Below, piece after piece: positions 40,306 to 53,212 of a DNA stretch of 64,000 nt. Within the stretch, counting starts at the first letter, position 1. Each line of letters begins with the position of its first letter. Made by a program: the position numbers and the translations under genes. The notes under the pieces are model-generated. The model had not been told where the DNA came from and searched no databases. It saw only the letters and a program-made list of their open reading frames with translations. The DNA comes from Camelus ferus (Eukaryota), in assembly GCF_009834535.1 (NCBI RefSeq), contig NC_045697.1:87112001-87176000 (forward strand), read 5' to 3'.

Positions 40306-40749
40306 GACTAATTTAATTCTTAAGTTCTCTGTCAGACTTAATGTCTTTGAATTGTTTGTTTATTTAATGCTTTGACCAGCTTCTGCTTTCGTGTTTATAA
40401 ACCTGAATTCAGTCTCTGACGTTTGCATTGTATTACTAGACGACTGGTCGTGCTGTGTGTGTGTGTGTTCTCCCTTCTAAAAACTATGCTGTAACATCAG
40501 CTAGTGAAGTAGTTTTTGTCACAGTTTAAGTGAAGTTATCAGCCTTCACTTTAAAAAGAGAAAGGGAAAGGAAAAAAGGAGAAAGAAGAAAAGGGAGAGG
40601 AAGGGAGAAGCGGAGTTTGCATGTGTTGTTGTGTAATGTTTTTGAGTTGATTACAATTGAAAAACTAAGCATTTGTAAATAGATAATAAACTTACCTTTA
40701 TACTCCCAGGAAAATCTAACTGAAGACAGTTAGATACAGAATAAACTAA

Positions 40750-40885
40750 GCAGAGATTGGAAAACTCCTGTGCTTGCTGCCTGTTTTTATAAGTAAAGTT
40801 TTATTGGAACACAGCCACAAGCATTGCTTGTTTGGCCAACAGTATGAAAATATTTCCTATCTGACCCTTTAAGAAAACTGCTGAA
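40750..40885. mobile_element. MER58 fragment
   Basis: gcctgtttttataagtaaagttttattggaacacagccac. Confidence 0.7.
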
Positions 40886-41199
40886 CAAATTTTGAGACCA
40901 AAACCATTCAGATAAACTGTTTATTGGCTTGGACTGAGTCATTCACCAAATAATTATTGAGCCACCTGTTAGGTGCCAGGCAATGTGCGAGGTGATGGAG
41001 AAGCCAAATCAAACATGTCTTACAAAACTATTTGATATCCTTTTTTATTACTAATTATAACAGCAGTTGCAAAAAGCTAATACGAATTATAAGAGCTAGG
41101 AAATATTCATAAGGCAGATCTCATTTGTCTGAAGCAGTACGAATGCAGCATCTCTTAGGCAGTGACCATATCAGTTATCTGACACCATGGATAGCACAC

Positions 41200-41400
41200 C
41201 TCCTTTTTTCTGGTTCTCCTGATTCCCTCCTATGCTACTGAGTTATTTTTCCTATAGTATTTATTACCATACAGTTAACTTATTTACTATGTCTATTATT
41301 GTCTGTGTCCTCTTACTCCAGTCTAAGCTCCATAAGGGCTAGCATTTTTGTTCTGTTTACAGGTCCAAGTACCTGACACACATAGTAAGCAGTTAGTATG
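41200..41400 (+). mobile_element. L2 3' fragment
   Basis: ttgtctgtgtcc...ctaagctccataagggc...ttttgttctgtt...gtacctgacacacatagtaagc. Confidence 0.65.
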
Positions 41401-42261
41401 AAAGAGACCTGCTTTACATACTCTTCTTATTAGATGTATTAATATATTTAGAAAGCATCAGCGTTTTGGTGTTAGCTATAATTTTGTTGATTCAAAATGA
41501 AAATAAGTTGCTGAGCTAAATTGTGTATCTTTTTAATTTGTTTTACATGTTCTTTATTGAGAAAACTACTATTTCCAAATTCTAACCTCTTCACTGTATC
41601 ACTGTTCATGTCGTTTTTTTCTCAGGAGAGATAGATAAATGTTTACTAAAAGTTATTTAGAGTAGTTGAGTAATATATTTATTGAATAGAAAAATGCACT
41701 CTAAGGTTAAAGCTTACGTTAACTTTTCTGATGGCCTTGAGAAGGTAATGTGTTTGCATGTTTAATTGCCATTAAAATAATAAGAATAATTTCTCATAAA
41801 ATTTGTTAGTTTTAGTTATATTTGTGAGTATGTTTCGGTGATAATTGATTATCCTGCCTACATAGTTTGCAAAATTAGTAGGGAGAACAGTATTCTGAAG
41901 CCAAGTTTCCATGAGCTGATATTTCACATTCATGTTTGTGACCCGAACCTGTATTCCTTCAGACGTTGAGAAAAGCCAAATGTTCTCATGAGCAGCAAGG
42001 ATTTTCTTCATGGAAAACTAAGAAGTAAAAATGTAGCCCAAATAAAAGTATAATGTGTATATTGAATATTGTAGGTAGATCTGTCTATATAAATATGAAT
42101 AAATGCTGTTATGTATTTCATTGTATGATTTTTTTCTTGGCATTATTTTTAAAGTTAAAAAATAAAATACAAATTGAATACATGAAGGGAATAAAAAATC
42201 TAGAAATATTTCCACTTTTAGTTGAGCAGGCATGCATCATCTGTAATTCTAATGACCCTGC

Positions 42262-42410
42262 AAAATAGTATTTCTGTTTACATTTTAGAGATGAGAAAAC
42301 TGACTTTCAGGGAGATTAACAGCTTGCCATGGTTCAAGAACTAATAAGTAATAAAGGCAATATTGTAAGTCAGGGCTTTCTGTCTCTCTGAATACCTTAT
42401 TCTTTATCGC
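42262..42410 (-). mobile_element. MIR SINE
   Basis: cattttagagatgagaaaactgactttcagggagattaacagcttgcc. Confidence 0.7.
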
Positions 42411-45400
42411 TTAGCATGTCAATTTCTCATTTACTGTCATGACATGTAACCAGAGGACTGTATTCTATATCAATACTTCATTTAAAAATTTTATGTTTTA
42501 TAACATTTACATTATACACTTTTAAATTTAAAATTTTCATTTTGTAGTATGCTTCTAAATAACTTGTGAAGAGTACTCTACAAAAGGAAATGGTTTCCTA
42601 ATGCCAGGGAGTGGTGCATGGAGGGGATAAATGCCTCCTTGTTTGCCATTTACAAGTTAAAACCATTGGTTTCCAATTTTAACCTGATACATATTCTTTC
42701 ATTTTAACTTTCTCATCCATTAACATATATTAGGCCTTATATAGCCACATATACAGATGCATGTGATCAGCAATATGATTTTCAGAGTTTGTTTTTATTT
42801 AAAATATTTAATATTTCAAAAATTTTTAAGTGAAACTATTGTGTATAAAGGCATTACTAAAAGAAATCTTCATTGTATAAATTGACTGCTAAAGAGCCTG
42901 GGATGTTACATGATACTTTTTATGGCTGTAATTTAATTTGTTCATATTATTAACTGGGATTACCATGCCGTGTTACCTAAGAAATTGAGATAACTTCATT
43001 CTATAGCCCTTCATATAAAGTTCACTTCTAGTCTTTCTAAATTCAGATTGTCTAAAAGTGAATATTTTGCCTCATTTAATGAGTTTTCCTTTTTGAAAGC
43101 ATTGAGAAATGGATTTTCTTTATGGTGATTTGAGGTTATATGACTTATGAACCTTTGTATTCTGGTTCAGTATAGAATTTGATATTGTCTGGATAGAACA
43201 GACACCTAAAATTTCAGATAGCCCTCAGATTTCACATAAGAATGAAAAGGGCTCATTAAACTTTTCATTTGATGGAAGGCTGAGAAACCACAGGACAGTG
43301 AAGGAATTAGCATTTCTGATAAAGGTAATATGTTTAAGTCTTACGGTGGCATATGAAAAAGAGCACTAGTCTTGAAAAATTGGGAAATTTAAGTTTTAAT
43401 ATTATATCTAGTTCTGTAACTTTCAAATGACTCCCTACAACTGCCTCCCATTCCTACCTCTTATTCATCACAAATTTAACTTTTCCCCTTTTACAGTAGA
43501 GCATAAATCCAGGAAAGAGTGAAACGTTAATCATAATAGTGTAGTGAAATTGTTTTGTGTGTATGTAAACATTATTAAATGTTAATTCTTATTATAATTA
43601 TTATAATGGAGGACTTCATAAATTCTATTTATTAATACCAGAGATTGCTTTAAATTAGTATCTGTTGAATGAGTATATGAACAAATTTGGAACTTTGAAC
43701 TCCAAAATTATTCAGATCCTCCTTTTAAGTGGAAGATCTTTCTCCTTGGTTTTGGAAACATTAAGTTAAAAGATACCTTAATATTGGTATTTAATTGCCA
43801 AAGAGAAATTATAGAGTCCTCCTAAAGACAAATGAGGTAAAGAAAAAAAAATTGATGAGCTAAATTGTTAATTTTTGTTTGTTTTATCTGTTCTTCAGAT
43901 CATTGAGATTAAAATTCAGACATGGATGCAGTCCTCCTCTGGGTTTTTGTTAGAGTCCGTTGCATTGGTTTTCTCCATATCAGACAGTAATACTGCCCAA
44001 GATGATTCCTGATTTAAGGATGGGATTTTTTTTTTTTTTTTTTGTAGTCCATCTTTGTTTATGTATCAGATAAGTCTTATGAAACTTAAATTCCTCCACT
44101 ATTGAAATTTCAGTTTTTCCTCCATCAGAGGGAATAGTGATAATGGAATCATTTTGTCTAGATAGTTGGTTAATAGTATAAAATGTGGAAGATAGAAACT
44201 TAAATACAGACTAATGATTTGTTGCTATTCTTCTTTATCTAATTCCTAAGCATTAACATTTTTTCTTCTGTTTCTGAGGTTTTAAAGATCCTTCCAAAAG
44301 TGTCCTCCGTGCACAAAAACTGTTTAGATTTTTCCTAAGTGCTTTGTTTTCTTTATATTTTCATTTTGTAGAATGAATTTGCCATTTACTTTTGATGAAG
44401 TTCGTATCTGTATGGTATCTTTAGATCCTTATTTCTTGGATTTAGAGGATAATTTGAATGTTTTATTTTTAAAAGGCTTTTATAGATGGCTTTGGTAGTC
44501 AAATCTTGTTTGTAACTAATCTACTATAATTTAATTATCAGGGACTGGTGGGGGGTCATCCATGTATTTATATTTCCTGTTTCACATGTTTACAAATATT
44601 TGATGATCGTTACTGGCTTTTTTCCCCTAATGTTTTTGAACTTCAAGGAATGAAGGCTCTGTATAAATACTTACCTCTCTGTATGTGCAGTTTCTTGCAT
44701 TTTCATTGGCTTTAAGTAACCTGCTATACATATAAATGTACATTTAAAAAGATGGTCCTTCCAAAAAACTTTGCTTGGGGTCTGTGCTGGGAGGATGATT
44801 TAGATGGATGGAGAGGGTCACTTGCTTTATTGTTTATCATTTTCCCAGACAAATCTATGGAGACAGGCTGCTGATAGGATAGGAGAAAAACAACAAAAAC
44901 AAATACAGTGCTTTGGTCTGGAACTGAATTGTATTATCTGTACTGTCAGCTAGAGTCTTTGCTCACTTACCCAGACTATCTTTACAGGGATTGAAACTTC
45001 CCCCTGCAGTAGTGATAGCCTTTAGTATGCTACAGCCTCATATCCAGTTTTTTAAAAAAAATCTGGCTGTAAACAGTTTTTAACAGCTTGCAAAATCCTC
45101 ACCAGTTCAACCTTTGGGGAGAGGGATTATGCTGATGAACCAAATAAGAGTGTCAGTAATTATATTTCACATCACCTGTATTTCATTTTTAGTTTCCATA
45201 TATAGCTTCTCACAACCCCCAACTCTGAGCTTGATTTGGAACTTTTATATTTTGTCATCTTTGTCAAACTTAAGAAAATCATGGGGATATACAGTAATGG
45301 ATACACTGGCAATTCAAGAGTTATTTTGAGGACATTTCTATTTTTTTAAAGTTATAATTTTGACTCTGCATGAAAGGTTAGAGGGACAGAGTTATAGAAA

Positions 45401-45564
45401 CAAAAAACAAAAAGGAGAAATACGTCAAAAGATTCTATAAACCAAGCAAAAATCATTAGAACTAGTGTCTGTATCAATGTCTGAGATATCTAGGAAGCTG
45501 ATAATCTGTTGTTGTTTTTTTCCTTTAAAATTGCTAATAATGGGGATTTTACAATCTTCTGTGG

Positions 45565-45776
45565 AAGTGGTTCTCAACCTAGTGATCCCCATCCTACGCC
45601 AGGACATTTGGCAATGTCTGAAGACATTTTTGGTTGTTGCAAGTGCGGTCATGATACTGACATCCAGTAGGTAGAGGCCAGGAATACTGCTGAACATCCC
45701 ATAATGTACAAGAGAGCTTCCACAGCAAAGTATTATCTATCCCAAAAGTCATTCATGTTGAAGTTGAGAAACCCTG
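45565..45776. mobile_element. MER20 hAT-Charlie MITE
   Basis: agtggttctcaacc...ggacatttggcaatgtctgaagacatttttggttgt...gtagaggccagg...gttgagaaaccctg; TIRs present. Confidence 0.92.
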
Positions 45777-47264
45777 CTCTCAAACATGGATTTTTATCTT
45801 GATAGGAGTTTTTCAAAATGAATAGCCACAGTGATATTTACAGTGTTTTATAGAGAGATTTTATTTTGTTTGTTTGAATTACTAATAAGAGAGAAAGAGA
45901 GGCTTTTGATTTTGATCTGGGGGATTTATGGACACAGTAAACACAAACATTCTCTGCAAAATGTTTATGAAGACAATATGATGACCTGATTATACAGAGA
46001 AATGAAAAGCAGTCTTATTTCATCATAGAAGGACATGAGGAATTTTATAATTTTTTTTAACTTCACAAATATGAAACTTCTATTTTGTAGGAGAGGGCTT
46101 GTATAGAATTTTTTTCTGTGTTGGTGAATTAAACCATCTAATAAAAATAATAAAAAATATGTAAAATTAATTATTTTAGCAGATTATTCAGCAGACCAAA
46201 GCTCTGAATTCAGTTCTTACATGAGACTGTGGGTAATTTATTTAATGTCTAACCCTCAGTTAACAGATCTGGAAAGTCGTGGTGGTTTTAAACTTTAAAC
46301 TGTCAAATGGATGTTTGCTAATTTATATTGACATTAACTTTTCTCAGATGAATTAGGAGAATTGTCCAGCCTTTAATTGATTGCTGCACCTCAGTGTAAG
46401 AAGTAGGCATTCCCTTGTTCGGTGCACATATGGAGCTATTGTAACTCCATTCACTTTCAACATCACCTACTCAATCACAGTAATCTGCAGTAGAAGGTAG
46501 TATATGTAACCACACATATATAAACAAAGACATACCTAGTAACTTAGTACTAGGGAAGTTAGAGACAGACAAAAAGTGCTTACATTGCCTTCCAGAGGAA
46601 CCTGGCCTGGAATCCCGGACATACCCATAGTAGCCATTGAGGTTAATGGTACTAGTGCACAGGGTAAAGCATATAGCCTCTAAAGAGATTTACTAATATG
46701 GCATCCATTGTGCTAAAATAAAAAAAGACATTGGCGACTAAATGTAAGTTATCTTCTTGGCTCCACAATATTACAAAAAAAAAATGCAATTGACCTTTTT
46801 TTTTTTTTTTAAAGTTATGTTTTCTGCCATACTTCCCACACCTCCTTAATTAACTGAATGCATGCTATGAAAAAATGCTTTCTGTAAAGGAGGAGATGGT
46901 GAAAACATTGCGGCTTGAAGTCACAAATCATAGCAAGTCACTTTACCTTCGTTCACATGTTTAAGAAGTTGTCTTTTTCACGGAGACACACAGGAGATCT
47001 GCATTCTGTCACCACCAAAAGTCTTCCTAGAGTTTTGTTGTTTTATTTTGTTTTAATTAAGGGACCTGCTAGAGCTATGAAGTTACTGTAGAGAAAAATT
47101 TAGAGAAAAAAAATTAGATCTTAGCTAGAGGTGGAAAATGCAGTTTGATGATCTCTTTGAGATTGTAATGTATGGAATAAATGGTTTCACTGATAACAGA
47201 AAGCAAAGTGATAAATTTCAAGTTATCCTATATTCTGTATATTCTTGTAGTTTTTCATTTTAAA

Positions 47265-47860
47265 GAATACTTTGTTTAGGTGATATTTTGAATAGGCAAT
47301 ATATGTTACAAGATTCAGAGATCTAAACTGTATGGAAAGATATACATGGTGATACCTTCTTCATCCCAGTCTTGTCTCCCTCACCTCATTTTTATTAGTC
47401 TCTTCTTCCAATTCTGTTTTTATTGAATACATATACAAGCAAATTTGTATATTTATTGTTTCCATTACCTAGGAGAGCTCTCACGATAAAGTATTACACA
47501 AATATACAAAATGTATGAAACTATGCATACTGTTCAGTGCTTTGCTTTTTTCCTTAGCCCTGTATTCTGGAGATCTTTCCTTCTCAGTACATGGGTATTT
47601 TCCTTATCCATTTGTAGGCTGCATGGGTACAGAACCACTTACAAATAGTACCCTACTAATGGACACTTCGACTGTTGCCAGTTTTTTGTCGTAACTAACA
47701 GTTACGACAGTGAATAATCATATCCAAGTGTTATTTTGTACTTGTGCAGGTTTGTTGTAATGTGAGATTGCTGAGTTAAAGTGTAAATGCCTTAGTAATT
47801 TTGGTAGATTTTGCCTTATTTCTTTCTATAGTAGTTCTACCATTTTGCCTTTTCTTTAGG
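47265..47860 (-). mobile_element. Old L1ME-type 3' region
   Basis: catactgttcagtgctttgctttttt...tggagatctttcc...aatggacactt...attgctgagttaaag. Confidence 0.6.
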
Positions 47861-48809
47861 AATTTTGAGTGTGTCAGAATTTCCAGGTTGGTACTAGTAG
47901 TTAATGGTTAATTTAAAAAGTCAGCCAAATAAAGAATCATTAAAATATATTACACAAAATTTAATGATTTCACTTTAACATAAAACATTTAAATAATCAT
48001 TAATTTGCTACTCATTTGCTTTAGGAAAAACGCTTTTTTTTTTTTTTAAGCATAGAGTTTAGATTAGAGTTTCGTGATATCTCGTATCTAAACATCATCT
48101 ATTGATTTCAATGTTTGGCTTCTATAGAGTGAAAACTTAGGGCACCCTGAGTGTTCCCACTCTTTTACAGATGTTCTGCTTATATCAAATTAACAATTAC
48201 TTTAGTTAACTCACCTTTATTGAATTTTCCTAAGCATTTGCCTTGGTTTTCCCAGTAACAGTAATATTCTTTTAACAGCCGTATTTTATTGGTTTATATG
48301 ATATTTATTTACATCACATTACTTTAATATTAAATAATTGTTAAGCTATAGTTTTTATTCAGAATTTTAAAATTGTGTTTTATTCACTGATGTGTCACTC
48401 TTTAGGGGTGTCTGGACATATTAAGTACTAAGATACGTATTGAATAGAAGAGAGAAAGAAAAAGAGATAGTATGGAAACAGACTCTGCTGGCTCTTGGTA
48501 TGCACCCTGAACAAGAGAACAAAAGTTAGGCGAGGAAGAGGAAATTGAGGCATAAGCAGAGGGTAATCTTATCAGCCAGGGATGTTTAGCCTGCCACACT
48601 AAACAATTGTGCATCAGAAAATTGAGACTTTTGTGATACTTTCTCTGTGATGAACTTGAAAGAAGAGTGACCTAAAGGAAGTCTGACTGTAGGTTCTAAC
48701 TCATTTACTTAGCATAGGTGCCAGACTGAGCTAGACATCTATGTATTTCACTCTTGCCCAACCAGGAGCTTACTCTTTGGAAAAGATACTGAGACTAGTT
48801 GAATGTTTT

Positions 48810-49460
48810 CCAAATTTCATATTCTCCCATGCATTGTCATGAATTTGCCATATTTACCTTACTGTTATTTACTTTATATTTTTCTTCAGTTGACGTTTTA
48901 AACACTTACATTTAATGAGTAAGGACAATTTATATCTCCCTAAAAGGAACACTTACTATAAATAAAAACAACAGTATAAATAAATACAGTGAAAACAAAA
49001 CAGTGCTATTAAACAGAAGTTAAATATGGCCTTTGCAGAGAGCTCTGAGCAAAACGAGATGTGTGGTTGTTTAGAGAGACATGAAAAGCACACTACTAGT
49101 AAATGGAAACTTTCTTATTCGGTAAAAGACCATGATGTATGCAGCCTACTCTCATGTGGTTCAAAAAATAACAAAACAAAAACAGAACAAAAGCAAACAA
49201 CAACAAAAACCCACAATGCACATGAGCAAAACAACAGAGATAAGGCAGAAGAATAAAATGTTAATAAGAGATGAAGCTGAGTAAAGGTTATATGGGGGTT
49301 CTTTGTACTATTCTTAGTCTTGCAATTTTAATGTGAATTTGAAATTCTCTCTAAAGAAGTTTAAAAATTATCCTGTGAAAATTGGAAAATTGAAAAGGGA
49401 ATACATTTTTAATGTTATTTACTGTAGTATCCATGTATCATCTAAATGCATCTCAGGTTG
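48810..49460. mobile_element. MER113-like hAT element interrupted by an L1MC-type 3' end (+, ~49120-49370)
   Basis: aaataaatacagtgaaaacaaaacagtgctattaaa...ctctgagc...attgaaaagggaata; the insert has ggttatatgggggttctttgtactattctt. Confidence 0.6.
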
Positions 49461-49889
49461 TCTTAGGTACCCTCCTCTTCTGGAAATAGTGTACTAGGTG
49501 ATCTCTAAGGCCCTTTCCAATTCTAGTGTTCAGTGACACAGGGTGCATTGTATTGAGGCAGCAGAATTAGAGCTACCTGTGCTCTCAATTCAGTGTTTCA
49601 GTGAATAACATGGAGACTCAGCCTGAGGAAAGGCTTTCTTCAGATACAGTAACCTGAATGGGTCAAAGAGTCAAAGTAGCTTAGGAGAAAAACCCTAGAC
49701 TGTTTCAGTTGTGAGGAAGGGAAATGTTAGGTAAGAAAGTTTTTGAGAGGCTTCAAAGAGGCTTCTGCCTAACGCGCAAAATAATACTTTTTTTTAATTT
49801 CTTGTATTAGTAATGCTGATCCTGCTATATGTTATTTTCTGATAACTGGAGACTTTAAGAAGTTTGAGTGTGGATGTATTTCTCAAAAA

Positions 49890-50120
49890 CACTACCACTA
49901 CCATTAATTGAAGATTTTTTTATGTGCTGATGCTGTTCTAAATTCTTTATATAAATTAGCCCACTCATTTAGTTATTACAGCAATCATATGAGTCTTAAC
50001 CCTGTTTTACAGATGAAGTGAGGTACAGGGGTTAAATAATTTGGTTAATGTTAATATGAAAAGTAAATGATGGAACCAGAGTGTTTGACTTGAAAGTGTG
50101 TGACCTCAGCCTTTCTTCTC
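49890..50120 (-). mobile_element. MIR SINE
   Basis: cctgttttacagatgaagtgaggtacaggggttaaataatttg. Confidence 0.7.
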
Positions 50121-50514
50121 TACCATGTATATTTTTACGTTTTTTTTTTTTTTTAATATATATAGTTAGGTTCTTTCACCTTTTGGTTTCATTTATCACT
50201 ATATCTTACTTAGTTCATGCCTTTACTTTATTTCTTTAAGCTTACTTAATATAGTAACTTTATGTTATGTTTCCCCAAAATTCCAATATATTCAGTCTTT
50301 ATAAATCTGATTCTGTGTTTTAGAATAACTGTTTCTTTGGCGATGTTTCCTGTGTGTGTGAGAGAGAGAGAGAGAGAATTTTTATTGTTAACTTATGTTT
50401 CTTGGAAGTTTATTTTTTGAGATCTGAACTTAAAGTTTTTTTCTACCCAGAAAGTTAATTTTTCTTCTGTGGGGGACCTAAAGACAATGATCAACCAAAA
50501 ACAACTTACAAAAA

Positions 50515-51745
50515 AACCTTTATTTATGACATTGTTTCAGACTTAAAGAAAAGTTACCATAATTTTACAACAAATTCCCTTATATCTTTAACCCAGATTT
50601 CCTAAATGTTAATATTTCCCACATTTGATTATTTTCTCTTTATGTGTACTTCTTTATTTTTTCTGAACCATTTGAAAGGATGTTACAGATAAATACCTTT
50701 TGACCCTAAATACTTATTTGTGTGTTCCCTCAAAACCAAGGCCATTCCCTTACAAAATCATAATTCATTGATCACAATCAGAAAACTAATTCTGACACAA
50801 TAATGTTATCTAATCTGTAGATCCTATTCACATTTTGTTAATTTTCCCAATAATATCCTTTGTAGAAAAGAAAATGCAGTACCATGTGCAGCTTTGAGTT
50901 ATCTTTTTTCTCCTTTAATCTGAAATAGTTCCTCAGTCTTTCTTGGTCCTTCATGATTTTGACACTTTTTAAGAGGACACGATGATTATTTTTTAGAATG
51001 TCCCCCAGTTTAGATTTTTTGTGATGTTTCTTCATGAGTAGATTCAGATTATGCATTTTGACAGGAATATCACAGATACGACGTTCTTATATCAGGAGGC
51101 AGGCGCGTGACTTCTATTTGTACCATTACTGGTGGTGTTACCTTTGATCACTTGGTTAAGGTAGTATCTTCCAGGTTTCTTTACTATAAAGTTACTATTT
51201 TTCCATTATACTTTATAAGTATCTTGTTGGGATATTTTGTGATATTATGTAAATATTGTAGTACAACTCAGATTTCCACCACTAGGTTTAGAATCAATTG
51301 ATGCATCTTGCCTAAACCAGTTAATACAGTGGTTGCCTAATGGTGGTTTTTCTCATTCAATCATTTTTCTATGTGTATTGATTAACTTTCTACTATAAAG
51401 AATGTTCCCTTTTTCCTTATTTTTTTTATCAGTATGGACTTATGAATTCTTACTTTATTCAATGAGTTTTAATCCTTTACTATCATTATTTATCTTGATG
51501 CTCAAATTGTCCCAATTTAGGACACTGAGAGCACCTTCTAGCTCCTGTACCCTTCTGCTATATCTTCATCATTCTTTTATACTTTATTTCTGGCATGAGA
51601 TATTCTGGACTACTACTATACTTTCCCTGCTCCAGTCCTGAAATTGGCCACTTCTCCAAGGGGCTCTGACTCCTTTTAATGGAGAATGGTATTTAGAAGC
51701 CAAGTTCTGAATACTAAGTGTGCTTATAGCTACTGGGGTGTCCAG
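50515..51745 (-). mobile_element. L1MC4/5-type 3' UTR
   Basis: tttcagacttaaagaaaagtt...ctttgatcacttggttaaggtagtatcttccagg...ggagaatggtatttagaagccaag. Confidence 0.75.
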
Positions 51746-52607
51746 GGCCACTTTTAATTTTTAGTTTCAGTTTTGGGGGCTATGTGTATGGTCTTATCAA
51801 TTGATGATTATCAATTCTATGGGGAGTCTTTTTTTCTTTACTTCTCTTTTACCAAGAGCTAAGGCCATGATGGCATATCCTACAGTCTCCCCCTGTAGAC
51901 TGGGTTAGGCTCTGTTCACCTATTGAAGGTGTCCCCTTTGGGAGTCATGTCTCTATGTGCTTTCTCTGATTCAACCGTCCTCCAAGGCCAGATCCTTGAT
52001 TTTTTTTTTTATTTTAACCTTCACAGGTATTTGGGTTTCTTTAATTTCTAGACCACAAGGAATCCTCAGATACTTAAGGCAAAAATGCCTGTTTTAGAGT
52101 TAGCTATTTTTTTTATTAACTAGCCTTCTGTAAATTTGTATTTTCTTTTTTGTTTCTTAGGAATTCTCTTATATAGCCTTCACCTTTAAAAGAGACAGGT
52201 CTAAACTTTTGTGTTTAATATTTTTAGATGTGTATAACCAGACAGTTTTCTTTTTGTTATGGGAAATACATCTCTAATTTTTAAATTAGAAATATTTGAG
52301 ACTTTTTTCAATAATATGGGATTTTACTTAAAGAAATTACTTATAAAAATATTAAGGCAATATCAAGACAGAATGTCTGGAAAGAAGGAAATATTTATGT
52401 AGAATTATAATTGACTAGTTTAGTGCTGAAAGGGAAAAGGTAATTATAGATGTGAGCAAGTTTCTTGTATCATTTAGACACTTGATTTGTTCTACCATTT
52501 CAATCCATCTACTTCTGTCTCTTGCTCTTGCCTGTGAGGAGCCTGAGAATCATAACCTTGGCTTTCAGAGGGAGGTGAGATAAACAGCAAGTATCCTTGA
52601 TTTTTTT

Positions 52608-52670
52608 TTTTCTTTTTTGAAGTTGCTAGGTTTTTTAAAAAGTTTTTTTTTTTTATTATTTTTACCAATT

Positions 52671-52715
<45 letters not shown>

Positions 52716-53212
52716 ATATAGATATATATATAAAGATATAGATATATATATAAAGATATAGATATATGATTGAAGTATAGTCAGCTTACAACGTTGTGTC
52801 GATTTCTGGTGTACAGCACAATACTTCAGTCATATAGGAACATACCTATATTCGTTTACATATTCTTTTTCACCAGAAGTTACTACAAGGTATTGAATAT
52901 AGTTCCCTGTGCTAAACTTGTTATTTATCTATTTTATGTATATTAGTTAGTGTCTGCAAATCTTGAACTCCCAATTTATCCCTTCCCACTCCCCCCCACC
53001 CCCCAGTAGCCGTAAGTTTGTTTTCTATTTCTTTGAGTCTGTTTCTGTTTTGTAAATAAGTTTGTCTTTTTTTTCTAGATTTCACGTATAAAGTGAGTGA
53101 TATCATATGATGTTTTCCTTTCTCTTTCTGGCTTACTTCATTTAGAATGACATTCTCCAGGTCCATCCATGTTGCTGCAAATGGGCATTATTTTATTATT
53201 TTTATGGCCAGT
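52608..53212 (-). mobile_element. Young 5'-truncated L1 (body 52769-53212) with a composite tail; same family as 1812-3499
   Basis: Perfect 18-bp TSD agtatccttgattttttt at 52590-52607 and 53213-53230; 3'UTR similar to 1830-2280. Confidence 0.92.
52675..52767. repeat. (TA)19 followed by ~2.9 copies of the 20-mer taaagatatagatatatata
   Basis: Seen directly, within the L1 tail. Confidence 0.95.

Noticed and set aside
40555..40612. Purine-rich GA tract as a triplex element
   Set aside because: Ordinary low-complexity tract with no clear mirror symmetry.
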